DNA from: an uncultured Clostridium sp. | Lineage (GTDB): Bacteria; Bacillota; Clostridia; TANB77; CAG-508 | Length of the DNA: 64,000 nucleotides | Assembly (NCBI GenBank): GCA_900553985.1 | Contig: USFW01000001.1 | Coordinates: forward strand, 11,523-75,522 | Direction: 5' to 3' | Part shown: piece after piece, positions 42,801-53,992 of the stretch | How the letters are laid out: each line of letters starts with the position of its first letter | Position numbering within the stretch: the first letter of the stretch is position 1 | Notes under the pieces: generated by a model | Told to the model about the DNA's origin: nothing | The model's database searches: none | The model's input: the letters and a program-made list of their open reading frames with translations, nothing else | Program-made: the position numbers and the translations under genes

Positions 42801-44127
42801 CTTTCCCATTTTCAAATGTTTCCCAATTTATTGGTTCTACTGTATTAGATGTAGACCATGCATACTCTAATGTATGTAATCCACTTTCATTATCTAGTGC
42901 TTCTAATTTTGCTTTTAGTGTTGTTTTTCCTCCTGCCGGAATATAATAAGTATTTCCATTTGGAGTTATATTCACTGTTGGAGGTATTATATCTTGTTTT
43001 ACAGTTGTATATGAAGTTTCACTTATATTTCCTGCATTATCTATTGCTCTAACATATATTTTTCCATTAAAACTATTATCCCATTTTCCTGAAATTGATG
43101 CTTCATTTCCATTATTTTGTAATATTCCTTGCCAGTTAGATTGCCAATCTACCTCATCATAGCTATATTCTATTTTTGAAATTTTTGATAATGAGTCACT
43201 AGATTTTGCAATGATTTCAACATCTTTATTTGTCCATATATCATTATACTCATTTTCTATTATTGGTTTTGTTGGTGCTGTTAAGTCATATCTTAATTGA
43301 TATACATTAGAAATATTTGAATAATTTCCTGCTCTATCTTTAGCTCTAAAATAAATATCTTCAATTCTACCATCTTTTAAAGTCCAGGTTTCTTTTCCGC
43401 AATATTTATTTAATTCTTGATAAATACCATTGCTTTGGTTGAAATCAAGTTTTATCCAATTTTGTTTATCTGTTGAATAATACATTTCTGGAATTCCTGA
43501 TATTTCTTCTTTTACTGAAATGGTTGTATAAGTTTCTTTATTAGTCCATGTTCCAGAAGCATATTTTCCATTATTTTTAATATAAAAGGAATCATAAAAC
43601 AACACGGGAATTTCTTTATCAAATTTTGTTAATTCAATTCTTTGCTCTTTATCTCCAAATGTAACAACAACTGTACTATTTCCAGTAATTATAACTTCAT
43701 TATTATCAACTTGACTTTTATTATATGTAACAGTATTGCCTGTTTTCTTACTAGTTACTTTAACTTGTAACTGAGCATCTGGATTATTTTCAGAGCTTAC
43801 TGTCACTTTAGCTATTACATTTTCATTTGTCCACTCAGATAAATTATACTCCACTTTGTTAGGACTATTAATAGTAGACTCCTTAATAAAAACTGTTTTT
43901 AAGTCAGCTTTTACCAAATTTTCATATATTTCATCCATATTTTCTAAATCTTTATTATAATTTTCTTCAATTGCTTTTATTTCTTCTGTTTGCGCAATTA
44001 ACTTATTTTTATTACTAGAATACACATTCAGTGATACTATTAGAAAAAATATAATCGCTATTAAAATAAACAATGTCACTGAACCCTTTTCACTAAAAAA
44101 TTTATTTTCCCTTAATTTTTTTATCAT
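39859..44127 (-). CDS. Giant (1422 aa) N-terminally anchored surface protein. It contains Ig-like domains, Listeria-Bacteroides repeats, three GBS-Bsp-like repeats and a Cys/His-rich C-terminal tail.
   Basis: The N-terminal signal anchor is SVTLFILIAIIFFLIVSL. The repeats TGYTFIGWSTN...ATLYAVW and MGYTFAGWYD...TMYAHW are of the Listeria-Bacteroides (Flg_new) type. Three ~90-aa repeats of the form DGYDVYAYTD...FPTWTEKNNQDDMIWKAG...VSDHNYEYGKYNTHAY are GBS-Bsp-like. The last 65 aa contain 8 Cys and 6 His (CNTGGYCTTLHNHSYGWSCECGGYHYQYRHPICTICGKK...CPNRPEGIPMNCPG). Confidence 0.8.
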   Translation of the reverse strand: MIKKLRENKFFSEKGSVTLFILIAIIFFLIVSLNVYSSNKNKLIAQTEEIKAIEENYNKDLENMDEIYENLVKADLKTVFIKESTINSPNKVEYNLSEWTNENVIAKVTVSSENNPDAQLQVKVTSKKTGNTVTYNKSQVDNNEVIITGNSTVVVTFGDKEQRIELTKFDKEIPVLFYDSFYIKNNGKYASGTWTNKETYTTISVKEEISGIPEMYYSTDKQNWIKLDFNQSNGIYQELNKYCGKETWTLKDGRIEDIYFRAKDRAGNYSNISNVYQLRYDLTAPTKPIIENEYNDIWTNKDVEIIAKSSDSLSKISKIEYSYDEVDWQSNWQGILQNNGNEASISGKWDNSFNGKIYVRAIDNAGNISETSYTTVKQDIIPPTVNITPNGNTYYIPAGGKTTLKAKLEALDNESGLHTLEYAWSTSNTVEPINWETFENGKEIVKNDATSGTYYLWTNVIDNVGNKASKIKVSNPFIVSSNNSEAFKIVITSTPTTWTKDNVNITITYGSALTQGKKAGMGISIEEAKNAASENTANQMVVTTNNYYIYAEAIDGNGNKVTATKQITNIDKIAPTVELGTNGGTYTVAQNSNFAQITTSINAQDVNGSGLNTLEYQISSSSTLPLDDDPNWKTFTNGNIITENISGGIWYLYTKVTDNAGNRAINIQKSNPYIANYSVIYDANGGKGAPDSQIKEHNKTITLSTIQPSRTGYTFIGWSTNKSSSTAEYQPGATYTNNASATLYAVWQAKQIEVTFVRNTSSTDNTSVKQTFTYGVTEQKFSDKGWTKTGYTLLGWNKDRDASTAQYSVLSEVSDTWINTNSPKITIYAIWELNSYSLTVNPNGGTWNSTTENSVFTQNYGTTKTIANPTAPTGYKVTFNGNGGSTPSAITSTKSFSGWTNSGSGTLSGTTYTFGAGNGTLTANYKNNSITLPTPTRMGYTFAGWYDAASGGNKIGNGGATYTPTYNRTMYAHWADTQAPVINKFELGDITASSIKVEVNATDNVAIQKYEFYLDNVLKGTLTTSSTSASYTYTNLTPLKTYSLKVVVRDTSGNSSTKTITKKLTNVVEIKNVKRDGYDVYAYTDATGIQEVLFPTWTEKNNQDDMIWKAGTLEKTGVYYFRVNVSDHNYEYGKYNTHAYYNTANQKNIFIAGTSTEIKSEKYLTTKNINREGFDIEYYTDSPGLSKVEFPVWTEKKIGNTTQDDIKWYAAKSVGNGAYTYHVGVASHNYESGKYNIHTYEKNASGVSNLTLGTSATVPNTEMAYIWNVTSKGYNVTVYTNRSNVSEVLLPTWTNKNSQDDIEWITTRPLGNGAYIGEVKVSNHNYESGWYNTHVYAKINGKDQMITTLGVNIVAESPPAHTCNTGGYCTTLHNHSYGWSCECGGYHYQYRHPICTICGKKSPVSWFKCPNRPEGIPMNCPG

Positions 44128-44233
44128 CTTATGTGTTCCTTTCTTTAAAGTAATTTATATATAATATATTGTAAGATATATTTATATCAAAAACAACTAG
44201 ACAAAAGCTGGCAAAAAATTGCAAATTCTTTAA

Positions 44234-44347
44234 GATATACGGATATAGAGTTTGTTTCACTTCATGTTGTATATTAAATTTTTATTACATTTTTGTAACT
44301 TTATTTGTTTTTATGAATAAATATCGGGAAAAATATACGGATATAAG
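44234..44347. promoter_or_regulatory. Two copies of GATATACGGATATA(G/A) ~98 bp apart in the 5' region of the giant surface-protein gene
   Basis: Direct repeats at 44234-44248 and 44333-44347 within the 353-bp AT-rich spacer upstream of the start codon at 44127. Confidence 0.3.
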
Positions 44348-44431
44348 GGTTTTATCAATTTTTATATATTATATTTCAAAATATATCTTTATGTTTTTAT
44401 ACTGTTTTAATATTACGAATTTTTCTTATAA

Positions 44432-44468
44432 AAACACAAAAAAGACTATTTTTTAATAGTCTTTCTTG
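44432..44468 (-). terminator. Rho-independent terminator of the 44481-45044 gene
   Basis: AAGACTATT ... AATAGTCTT stem followed by a U-run on the minus strand. Confidence 0.55.
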
Positions 44469-44480
44469 TGTTTTCATATC

Positions 44481-45044
44481 TTAAATTTCTTCAATTCTAA
44501 AGTCAAAAGCATTTGTTAAATCAGATGTTGTGCTAGCATCTAAAATTGTACTTTTTCCCTTAGGAATATCTGATATTGAACCTTCTAATCTTGCATATTC
44601 TGTTCCATCTTCATTTGTAAAAATAAGAACGATTATGCAACTCTTAAAATCCTCATTTGTATTATTTTCAAGTTTCGCAGTAAAATTTGTAGTTCCATTT
44701 ATTTCTTCTAACTTAATATCTTTTACTTTAAGTCCTTTGAAGTTTTTTTCTTCTAATAAAGCTTTTGAATTATTTTTCTTCTCTCCATCTATTAATTCAA
44801 CATTATTCATGTTTTCATAATCTATTAATGACGTACTTTCTTTTTGATTGTTTTCTTCTTTGTTATTTCCTAATTCATCAACATTTTTATTATTTTTTAA
44901 AAGAAAATATATTGATATTCCTACTATTACTAAAAGTACAATAATTACAATTGATATTAATATTATTCTTGAATTCTTTTTTATATTCTTTATTTCCTTT
45001 TTACTTTTTATTTCTTTATCTTCTTTAGTTTTATTCATAGACAT
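44481..45044 (-). CDS. Small membrane-anchored extracytoplasmic protein (187 aa); paralogue of the 39267-39839 product
   Basis: K-rich cytoplasmic N-terminus, a TM (IILISIVIIVLLVIVGISIYFLL), and a C-terminal domain similar to the 39267 product. Confidence 0.5.
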   Translation of the reverse strand: MSMNKTKEDKEIKSKKEIKNIKKNSRIILISIVIIVLLVIVGISIYFLLKNNKNVDELGNNKEENNQKESTSLIDYENMNNVELIDGEKKNNSKALLEEKNFKGLKVKDIKLEEINGTTNFTAKLENNTNEDFKSCIIVLIFTNEDGTEYARLEGSISDIPKGKSTILDASTTSDLTNAFDFRIEEI

Positions 45045-45202
45045 TCTTCCTTTTAATTAATTTTTATACATTTATCAGAAAAGTGAATTTGCCACATTTT
45101 ATTCATCCATTTCAATTTTCAAACTTATAAGAAGAAAATTTCAAAGTTATTATTAATTGTGGCTTTTTATCACTTTTCTAATATATTTCCATTTTCTAAA
45201 AA

Positions 45203-48200
45203 TTAACCATTAATTTCTTCAGTATCTGCAACTTCTTCTAATTTCTTTTCTGTATTAATGTGTAAGTCTTGATATCTTTGCATTCCTGTTCCTGCTGGGA
45301 TTAATTTACCAATTATAACATTTTCTTTTAATCCTACTAAGTCGTCTACTTTTCCTTTTACAGCTGCTTCTGTAAGAACTCTTGTTGTTTCTTGGAATGA
45401 TGCTGCTGATAAGAAACTTTCTGTTGCTAATGAAGCTTTTGTAATTCCAAGTAATACTCTTTTACCTGTTGCTGGTCTCTTTCCTTCTTGAACAGCTTCG
45501 TTGTTTTTGTCTTCAAAGTCATACATGTCAACTAATGCTCCTGGGAACATATCTGTATCTCCATTATCTTCAACTCTTACTTTTTTAAGCATTTGTCTTC
45601 CGATTACTTCAATATGTTTGTCATTTATATCAACACCTTGGTTTCTATAAACTTTTTGTACTTCTGTAATTAAGTATTCATATACTCCTTCTGGTCCTTT
45701 TAATGCAAGGATTTCTGCTGGATTTACTGAACCTTCGATTAGTGGTTGACCTACTTCAACAATATCTCCATCTCTTACTTTCATTTTTGAACCAAATGGT
45801 ATTGTATATGTTTTAGAGTTATCAGAACTTGTAATAACAACTTCTTTCTTTTTCTTTGTTTCTTTAATTTTAACTGTTCCTGCTATTTCAGATATGATTG
45901 CAAGTCCCTTTGGTTTTCTAGCTTCAAATAACTCTTCAACCCTTGGAAGACCTTGTGTGATATCTGCTACACCTGCTACACCACCAGAGTGGATAGTTCT
46001 CATTGTAAGCTGTGTTCCAGGTTCTCCAATTGATTGTGCTGCAATTATTCCTATTGCTTCCCCTATTGAAACTAGGTCTCTTCTTGCTAATCCCATTCCA
46101 TAACATTTTTGACATACACCATGTTTTGATCTACATCCAAGTACTGAACGAACTTCTAGTTTTTCAATTCCTGCATTTACTATTTTTTCAGCAATTGCTT
46201 CTGTTATCATTGTGTCTTTGTCTACTATTAATTCGTTTGTTTCTGGATTATATACATCTTCAACAACATATCTTCCTAATAGTCTTTCTTCCATTTTTTC
46301 TATTATTTGATTTCCATCTTTTATGTCATATGTCATGATACCTTCATGTGTTCCACAGTCATGTTCTCTAACTATTATGTCTTGTGATACGTCTACTAAT
46401 CTTCTTGTTAAATATCCTGAGTCAGCTGTTCTTAAGGCTGTATCTGAAAGTCCTTTTCTTGCTCCATGGGCTGATATGAAGTATTCTAAGGCGTCTAGTC
46501 CTTCTGCGAATGATGATTTGATTGGTATTTCTACTGCTTTACCTGTTGTACTAGCCATAAGTCCACGCATACCTGCAATTTGTCTTAACTGACTCATGTT
46601 ACCTCTGGCTCCTGATTTAACCATCATATATATTGGGTTTAATTCGTCAAAGTTTTCTTCCATTGCGTTACTAACTTTATTTGTTGTGCTTTCCCAAACT
46701 TTGATAACTTCTCCATAACGTTCATCATTTGTTATGATACCTCTTGCATATTGTTTTCTGATATTTTCTATCATTTGGTCAGCTTCTTTTAATAATCCTT
46801 TTTTAGCTTCTGGCACTTGAACATCACTCATTGAGAATGTGATACCTGCAAGTGTTGAATATTTAAATCCTAAAGCTTTAATATAGTCTATTACTTCTGC
46901 TGATTCTGTTAGTCCATGTGTTCTTATTACTCTTTCAATTATTGTTCCCATTGATTTTTTCATTACTGGGAAGCTTATTTCATATTGGAATGGATCTTCT
47001 TTTCTGTCTATAAATCCTAAATCTTGTGGTATTCCTTGGTTGAAGATAATTCTACCAACACTAGTTTCTACCTTTTTAGTTTTTATTTCTCCATCTATTT
47101 CCTTAGAAATTCTTACAAATATTTTAGCATGAATTCCTACATCATGGTTTTCAAAGGCCATTATTGCTTCATCTGGATCTTTATAATATGTTCCTTCACC
47201 TTTTTCTCCATCTAATACCATTGTTAAGTAGTAGCTTCCTAGAATCATGTCTAGTCTAGGTACTGCAACTGGTTTACCATCTTGTGGTTTTAATAAGTTG
47301 TTTGTTGCAAGCATTAAATATCTTGATTCTGCTTGTGCTTCTGGTGATAATGGTAAATGCACAGCCATTTGGTCACCGTCGAAGTCAGCGTTGAAAGCTT
47401 CACAAACTAATGGGTGAAGTTTTATTGCTCTACCTTCTACTAATACTGGTTCAAATGCTTGAATTCCTAGTCTATGTAGTGTAGGCGCACGGTTTAGCAT
47501 TACTGGGTGATCCTTTATTACTTCTTCTAAGATTCCCCATACTTCTGGTTTTAATCTTTCTACCATTCTTTTAGCATTTTTTATATTTTGTGCTATTCCT
47601 CTTCCAACTAATTCTTTCATTACAAATGGTTTGAATAATTCTATTGCCATCTCTTTTGGAAGTCCACATTGATAGATATTTAATTCTGGTCCTACTACGA
47701 TAACTGAACGTCCTGAATAGTCAACACGCTTTCCTAGTAAGTTTTGACGGAAACGACCTTGTTTTCCTTTTAATAAATCTGATAAAGATTTTAATGGTCT
47801 GTTTCCAGCTCCTGTTACTGGTCTTCCTCTTCTTCCATTATCTATTAAGGCATCTACTGATTCTTGTAACATTCTTTTTTCATTTCTTACAATTATTTCA
47901 GGTGCGCCTAATTCTAATAATCTTTTTAATCTGTTATTTCTGTTTATAACTCTTCTGTATAAGTCATTTAAGTCTGATGTTGCAAATCTACCACCGTCTA
48001 ATTGTACCATTGGTCTTAGTTCTGGTGGAATTACTGGTACAACATTCATAACCATCCATTCAGGTCTGTTTCCTGAAATTCTAAATGCTTCTACTGTATC
48101 TAATCTTTTTACTAATTTTACTCTTTTTTGTTCACTTGCATTTTGTAATTCTTTTTTAATTTGAGCTGATAATTTATCTAAATCTACTTGTTCAAGCAAT

Positions 48201-48733
48201 TCTCTTAGAGCTTCTGCTCCCATTCTTGCTTTAAATGAACCTCTACCATATTTTTCTACTGCTTCATGGTATTCTTTTTCATTTAATACTTGACATTTTT
48301 CTAATCCAGATGTTCCTTTATCTACAACTACATATGATGCAAAATATATTATTTTTTCTAGATTTCTTGGTGAGATATCTAACATTAAAGCAATTCTACT
48401 AGGAATTCCTTTAAAATACCATATATGCGCAACTGGTGCAGCAAGTTCTATATGTCCCATTCTTTCTCTTCTAACTTTTGCCTTTGTTACTTCAACACCA
48501 CATCTGTCACATACTATACCTTTATATCTAACTCTTTTATATTTTCCACAATGACATTCCCAGTCTTTTGTTGGACCAAATATTCTTTCACAGAATAGAC
48601 CATCTTTTTCTGGTTTTAGTGTTCTATAATTTATAGTCTCTGGTTTTTTTACTTCTCCTTTTGACCATTCTCTTATTTTTTCATCTGATGCAATTCCTAT
48701 TTTTAACTTATTAAAAATATCTAATTCGTCCAC
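45203..48733 (-). CDS. rpoC: DNA-directed RNA polymerase subunit beta'
   Basis: Zn-binding [20 protein letters not shown], catalytic NADFDGDQM, and full-length beta'. Confidence 0.98.
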   Translation of the reverse strand: MDELDIFNKLKIGIASDEKIREWSKGEVKKPETINYRTLKPEKDGLFCERIFGPTKDWECHCGKYKRVRYKGIVCDRCGVEVTKAKVRRERMGHIELAAPVAHIWYFKGIPSRIALMLDISPRNLEKIIYFASYVVVDKGTSGLEKCQVLNEKEYHEAVEKYGRGSFKARMGAEALRELLEQVDLDKLSAQIKKELQNASEQKRVKLVKRLDTVEAFRISGNRPEWMVMNVVPVIPPELRPMVQLDGGRFATSDLNDLYRRVINRNNRLKRLLELGAPEIIVRNEKRMLQESVDALIDNGRRGRPVTGAGNRPLKSLSDLLKGKQGRFRQNLLGKRVDYSGRSVIVVGPELNIYQCGLPKEMAIELFKPFVMKELVGRGIAQNIKNAKRMVERLKPEVWGILEEVIKDHPVMLNRAPTLHRLGIQAFEPVLVEGRAIKLHPLVCEAFNADFDGDQMAVHLPLSPEAQAESRYLMLATNNLLKPQDGKPVAVPRLDMILGSYYLTMVLDGEKGEGTYYKDPDEAIMAFENHDVGIHAKIFVRISKEIDGEIKTKKVETSVGRIIFNQGIPQDLGFIDRKEDPFQYEISFPVMKKSMGTIIERVIRTHGLTESAEVIDYIKALGFKYSTLAGITFSMSDVQVPEAKKGLLKEADQMIENIRKQYARGIITNDERYGEVIKVWESTTNKVSNAMEENFDELNPIYMMVKSGARGNMSQLRQIAGMRGLMASTTGKAVEIPIKSSFAEGLDALEYFISAHGARKGLSDTALRTADSGYLTRRLVDVSQDIIVREHDCGTHEGIMTYDIKDGNQIIEKMEERLLGRYVVEDVYNPETNELIVDKDTMITEAIAEKIVNAGIEKLEVRSVLGCRSKHGVCQKCYGMGLARRDLVSIGEAIGIIAAQSIGEPGTQLTMRTIHSGGVAGVADITQGLPRVEELFEARKPKGLAIISEIAGTVKIKETKKKKEVVITSSDNSKTYTIPFGSKMKVRDGDIVEVGQPLIEGSVNPAEILALKGPEGVYEYLITEVQKVYRNQGVDINDKHIEVIGRQMLKKVRVEDNGDTDMFPGALVDMYDFEDKNNEAVQEGKRPATGKRVLLGITKASLATESFLSAASFQETTRVLTEAAVKGKVDDLVGLKENVIIGKLIPAGTGMQRYQDLHINTEKKLEEVADTEEING

Positions 48734-48971
48734 TTTATTTCCCCCTAAATAGATTTTTTGAATTTTAGGAATTAATCCCTATCATTCGTGGGTAATTTTA
48801 AAACAAGATAAATATACTTTCCACTGCTGGTGCAATTCCTTTAGGTCGATATTTTCTTTTTTAAAATTTATTTAGTTATATTTTTATTGTATAGGAAAAA
48901 TCATATTCTACTTTTTCTTTTTATATGATTTTTCCATATACCTAAGTAACTTTTTAATATTTCTCTTTAAA

Positions 48972-51900
48972 CTATATTAAATCATTTTCATCTTCCAAAT
49001 TGTCATTAGCTAAGTCACTATCAAAAAGCATTTCATCTCCTAAATCATCTAGATCTTCGAATAATTCATCATTTCCATCATCCATTGATTCTTCATCTAA
49101 TAAAATATCATCTTCTGTTGCTTCTGAATATCCATCTTCCAATTCGCCATCAACTAATACTGCTTCTTCTTCATCTGCTTGATATTTCTTTTCTTTTTCT
49201 GGATCATATTCTATTCCATCTTCAATATTTTCTTTTAACTCTAGTTCTTGATTGTCTTCTGAATATAATCTTACATCTAATCCTAATGATTGTAATTCTT
49301 TTACAAGAACTTTAAAGCTTTCTGGTACTCCTGGCTCTGGTACATTTTCACCTTTTACAATTGCTTCATATGTTTTTACTCTTCCTACAACATCGTCTGA
49401 TTTTACTGTTAACATTTCTTGTAATGTGTATGCAGCTCCATATGCTTCTAATGCCCAAACTTCCATCTCTCCAAAACGTTGTCCACCAAATTGAGCTTTT
49501 CCTCCAAGTGGTTGTTGTGTTACTAATGAGTATGGTCCTGTTGAACGAGCATGAATTTTATCATCTACTAAGTGATGTAGTTTTAACATATACATTACTC
49601 CAACTGTAATTGGACTTGCAAATGGATCTCCTGTTCTTCCATCATATAATGTTGTTTTTCCATCTTTGCTCATACCAGCTTGTTCTAATAATTCTTCTAC
49701 GTCTTCTTGTGTAGCACCGTCAAATACTGGTGTAGATATATGCCATCCTAAAGCTTTAGCTGCTCCTCCTAAGTGAACTTCTAGAACTTGCCCTAAGTTC
49801 ATACGAGAAGGAACTCCTAGTGGATTTAATAAAATGTCTATTGGTGTTCCATCTGGCATAAATGGCATATCTTCTTCTGGTAATACTCTTGATATAACAC
49901 CTTTGTTACCATGTCTACCAGCCATTTTATCTCCAACTGATATTTTTCTTTTTGTTGCTATATAACATCTTATTATTTGGTTTACTCCAGGTCCTAATTC
50001 ATCTGAATTTTCTCTAGTAAATATTTTTACATCTACTATTGTTCCAGCTTCTCCATGAGGTACTCTTAATGATGTATCTCTTACTTCTCTTGCTTTTTCT
50101 CCAAAGATAGCTCTTAATAATCTTTCCTCAGCTGTTAATTCTGTTTCTCCTTTTGGAGTAACTTTTCCAACTAAGATATCTCCAGGTCTTACTTCTGCAC
50201 CAATTCTAATAATTCCATTTTCATCTAAGTCTTTTAATGAGTCATCTCCTATGTTTGGAATATCTCTTGTTATTTCTTCTGCACCTAGCTTTGTATCTCT
50301 ACATTCACAGTCATACTCTTCAATATGAATTGATGTAAATACATCTTCTTTTACAAGTCTTTCATTTAATAAAATAGCATCTTCGTAGTTATATCCTTCC
50401 CAAGTTGAGAATGCTACTAGTACATTTTTACCTAATGCCATTTCTCCATCTTTAGTTGATGGTCCATCTGCTATTGCATCACCTTTTTTAACTATTTCTC
50501 CTCTTTTTACTATTGGTTTTTGGTTGATACAAGTTCCACCATTTGTTCTTTTAAATTTACGAAGTTTATGTACTACTGTTTTTCCATTGTTATATTTTAC
50601 TGTTATACTATCTCCTGTTACTTTTTCGATTACTCCATCATCTTCTGCTAAAATAAGTATTCCTGAGTCTTTTGCTGCTCTATATTCAATACCTGTTCCA
50701 ACTATTGGGCTTTCTGTAATCATTAATGGTACTGCTTGACGTTGCATGTTAGCACCCATTAGCGCTCTTTTTGCATCGTCGTGCTCTAAGAATGGTATCA
50801 TTGCTGCTGCTATTGATACTAATTGTTTTGGAGATACATCAACATATTGAACACTATCTCTGTCAACTTCTATAACTTCATTTCTAAATCTTACTCTTAC
50901 ACGAGGATTTACAAATCTTCCTTCATCATCTATTGGCTCTGATGCTTGAGCTATTATGTAATTGTCTTCTACATCTGCACTCATATATTCTACTATGTCT
51001 GTTAATTTGTGTGTTTCTGGATCTATTTTTCTGTATGGTGTTTCTATAAATCCATATTCATCTATTTGTGCAAATGATGATAATGCTGATATAAGTCCAA
51101 TGTTTGGTCCTTCTGGAGATTCTATTGGACAAAGTCTTCCATAGTGTGTGTAGTGAATATCACGAACCTCAAATCCTGCTCTTTCTCTTGTTAATCCTCC
51201 AGGTCCTAATGCTGATATTCTTCTTTTATGTGTTAATTCTGAAAGAGGATTTGTTTGGTCCATAAATTGTGATAATTGAGAGCTTCCAAAGAATTCTCTT
51301 ATTGATGATGTTATTGGTTTTGTATTTATTAATGTTTGTGGTGTTATAACATCTAAGTCTTGAATTGTCATTCTTTCACGAACTACTCTTTCAAGTCTTG
51401 TTAAACCAATTCTGAATTGATTTTGTAATAATTCTCCAACACATCTAATTCTACGGTTTGATAAGTGGTCTATATCATCTGGTTTTCCTAGTCCATGTGA
51501 TAAGTTTAATAAGTAGTTTATTGAAGCTATCATATCTTCTGTTGTTATGTGTTTTGGAACTAACTCTTCTTCTCTTTCTTCTATTGTTTTTACTAAGTCA
51601 GCTTCATCTGTATTATCTATGATATTTTTAAGTACTGTATAATTAACTAATTCTTTAAAATGTAATTTGCTTAAATCAACAGTTGGTAATACTTTGTGGA
51701 TATTTACTGTGCTATTTCCTATAATTCTTACTTTTCTTTCTCCGACTAATACATCTACAATATTTATTCCTGAATTTTGGATATCTTCTGCAACATCTTC
51801 AGTAATTACTTCTCCTGCTTGTACAAATACTTCTCCTGTTTCGCTATCTACAATATCTTCTGCTGCAACTTTTCCTTTGATTCTTGTAGATAAATTTAAT

Positions 51901-52736
51901 TTTTGATTAAATTTATATCTACCAACTTTTGCTAAGTCATATCTTCTGTTGTCATAGAATAAACCATTGAATAAGTTTCTTGCAGCATCTGCTGTTGGTA
52001 GTTCTCCTGGTCTTAATTTTTTATAGATTTCAATTAAAGCTTCGTCTTGATCTTTTATTGTATCTTTGTTTATTGTTGCTTTTAAAAGTTCTTCATCTCC
52101 AAATAATTCTCTTATTTGGTCATCTGTTATAATTCCTATTGCTCTTAAAAGTGTTGTTACTGGTACTTTTCTAGTTCTATCAACACGAACCCAGAATATA
52201 TCGTTTCCATCTGTTTCATATTCTAACCAAGCGCCTCTTAAAGGCATTACTGTTGATGTATATGTTTTCTTTCCTGTTTTTGTATCAAATTCTTCTGCAT
52301 AGTAACAACTTGGTGAACGAACTAATTGGCTTACTACAACTCTCTCTGCTCCATTGATTACAAATGTTCCACTATCTGTCATAAGTGGGAAATCTCCTAA
52401 GTAGATTTCTTGTTCCTTGATTTCTCCTGTTTCACGGTTTATTAATCTTACTTTTACATGTAATCTTGTTGAGTATGTAGCATCTCTTTCTTTTGCTTCT
52501 TCCACAGTATATTTTGTTTTTTCTTCCATATAGTAATCGAAAAATTCAAGAACTAAATTTCCAGAATAGTCTTCGATTGGTGAAATATCTTTTAATACTT
52601 CTCCTAATCCTTCCTCTAAAAACCATTCATATGAATCCCTTTGAACTTTGATAAGGTTTGGCATTTCAATATAATCGCCAACTTTTGCGAAATCTTTACG
52701 AGAAGCTTTCTCGTATTTAACTTCTTTTAATTTCAA
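48972..52736 (-). CDS. rpoB: DNA-directed RNA polymerase subunit beta
   Basis: Full-length beta subunit. The start is placed at the TTG at 52736, with AGGGG 5 nt upstream; the ORF track starts 3 codons earlier at a GTG that abuts the RBS. The acidic C-terminal tail ([13 protein letters not shown]...) is typical of low-GC Firmicutes. Confidence 0.95.
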   Translation of the reverse strand: MKLKEVKYEKASRKDFAKVGDYIEMPNLIKVQRDSYEWFLEEGLGEVLKDISPIEDYSGNLVLEFFDYYMEEKTKYTVEEAKERDATYSTRLHVKVRLINRETGEIKEQEIYLGDFPLMTDSGTFVINGAERVVVSQLVRSPSCYYAEEFDTKTGKKTYTSTVMPLRGAWLEYETDGNDIFWVRVDRTRKVPVTTLLRAIGIITDDQIRELFGDEELLKATINKDTIKDQDEALIEIYKKLRPGELPTADAARNLFNGLFYDNRRYDLAKVGRYKFNQKLNLSTRIKGKVAAEDIVDSETGEVFVQAGEVITEDVAEDIQNSGINIVDVLVGERKVRIIGNSTVNIHKVLPTVDLSKLHFKELVNYTVLKNIIDNTDEADLVKTIEEREEELVPKHITTEDMIASINYLLNLSHGLGKPDDIDHLSNRRIRCVGELLQNQFRIGLTRLERVVRERMTIQDLDVITPQTLINTKPITSSIREFFGSSQLSQFMDQTNPLSELTHKRRISALGPGGLTRERAGFEVRDIHYTHYGRLCPIESPEGPNIGLISALSSFAQIDEYGFIETPYRKIDPETHKLTDIVEYMSADVEDNYIIAQASEPIDDEGRFVNPRVRVRFRNEVIEVDRDSVQYVDVSPKQLVSIAAAMIPFLEHDDAKRALMGANMQRQAVPLMITESPIVGTGIEYRAAKDSGILILAEDDGVIEKVTGDSITVKYNNGKTVVHKLRKFKRTNGGTCINQKPIVKRGEIVKKGDAIADGPSTKDGEMALGKNVLVAFSTWEGYNYEDAILLNERLVKEDVFTSIHIEEYDCECRDTKLGAEEITRDIPNIGDDSLKDLDENGIIRIGAEVRPGDILVGKVTPKGETELTAEERLLRAIFGEKAREVRDTSLRVPHGEAGTIVDVKIFTRENSDELGPGVNQIIRCYIATKRKISVGDKMAGRHGNKGVISRVLPEEDMPFMPDGTPIDILLNPLGVPSRMNLGQVLEVHLGGAAKALGWHISTPVFDGATQEDVEELLEQAGMSKDGKTTLYDGRTGDPFASPITVGVMYMLKLHHLVDDKIHARSTGPYSLVTQQPLGGKAQFGGQRFGEMEVWALEAYGAAYTLQEMLTVKSDDVVGRVKTYEAIVKGENVPEPGVPESFKVLVKELQSLGLDVRLYSEDNQELELKENIEDGIEYDPEKEKKYQADEEEAVLVDGELEDGYSEATEDDILLDEESMDDGNDELFEDLDDLGDEMLFDSDLANDNLEDENDLI

Positions 52737-53246
52737 GAAAATCACCCCTAAAAAATATTAAGCAGAATTAAATATCAACTAAATAGTTGAATACATTATT
52801 TATTTTTTAAAAGAAGTCCTACTCTCCTATAAACTTTTTTAACTTCTTAAAAAATGTCTGCTCTTACATTTTTAATTAATTAAAATATTTATATTTGATT
52901 CCTCTTCTTTTATTTTTTTACTTTTGAATAAAATTAATTTTAAAATATCTACCATAAAGTCAAGATTTTATGTTTAACTATAAAATGGCAATAAAAGAGC
53001 TGTTGAAAAATCTCTATTTTTCAACTGGCTCTAAGTTTTATTTAATTTCTAAAATATTTTCTCTTTTTATTTTTATCACCCTATTTTATAATTTTAGGTA
53101 AATATTCCATTGTATTACAAATCCTATTAATTATACAATATTTTACCATTAAAAGTCAATGTTTTTAGAAATATTTTCTTCAAAATGTAGACTTTTTTTT
53201 TCTTTTATAGTAAAATGTTTTAGAATATTATAACTTAGGAGGAAAT

Positions 53247-53819
53247 ATGGCAACTTTACCATTAATAGTAAAATACTTAATCGTTTTTGTTGTATCAATG
53301 GTTCCAATAGTAGAATTAAGAGGAGCTATTCCTATTGCTGAAGGACTTGGTTTAAATATATTTTTATATTATCCGATAGCAATTATAGGTAATATGTTAC
53401 CTGTTCCATTCATTTATTTATTCGCAAGAAAAGTTCTTGAATGGGGAAAAGATAAAAAACTAACTGGAAAGTTCTTTACTTGGTGCTTAGAAAAAGGTGA
53501 TAAAGGTGGACAAAAACTTAAAGCTTCAGCTGGTGATAGAGGAATCTTTTGGGCTTTATTAATTTTTGTTGGAATTCCTTTACCTGGAACAGGAGCTTGG
53601 ACAGGAACTCTAGCTGCAAGTTTCTTAAATCTTGGTTTTAAAACAAGTATATTAGCAACTACACTTGGAGTTTTATTAGCTGGTATAATAATGTCTTTAG
53701 GTAGTAAAATAGTTGTTTGGCTTGGTTGGACAGGTGTAATTGCAATTGTTGCAGTGATTGCAATTATTATAATAGCATCAATTTTAATTAAAAAGAAAAG
53801 AAAAGCAAAAGCGAAATAA
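53247..53819 (+). CDS. Small polytopic membrane protein, possibly COG2426/small-multidrug-export-like
   Basis: 190 aa with 4-5 TM helices, an N-terminal VELRGAIPIAEGLGL motif and a C-terminal KKKRKAKAK tail. An AGGAGG RBS precedes the start. The family assignment is tentative. Confidence 0.5.
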   Translation: MATLPLIVKYLIVFVVSMVPIVELRGAIPIAEGLGLNIFLYYPIAIIGNMLPVPFIYLFARKVLEWGKDKKLTGKFFTWCLEKGDKGGQKLKASAGDRGIFWALLIFVGIPLPGTGAWTGTLAASFLNLGFKTSILATTLGVLLAGIIMSLGSKIVVWLGWTGVIAIVAVIAIIIIASILIKKKRKAKAK

Positions 53820-53873
53820 TTATACTTACCATTAAAAAAATAAATCTTAGTTCAGATATAGTTATTTATGAAC

Positions 53874-53918
53874 AAAAATAGTGAATTAGAATTTTTTTCT
53901 AGTTCACTATTTTCTTGT
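53874..53918. terminator. Bidirectional terminator between convergent genes
   Basis: AATAGTGAATTAGAA ... TTCTAGTTCACTATT 15-bp stem with one mismatch. Confidence 0.55.
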
Positions 53919-53992
53919 TAGATTAATATATTAATTAAAGTTAATTTGTGGTACATTTTCAACCTTATTTATAAATTAAATATTTTTTCTTT

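Noticed and set aside
44040-44127. Type IV prepilin-like N-terminus on the giant surface protein (EKGSVTLFILIAIIFF)
   Set aside because: The G-(F/S)-T-L resemblance is present but the essential Glu at +5 is absent. There is no prepilin peptidase or pilus gene context, so a plain signal anchor is more likely.
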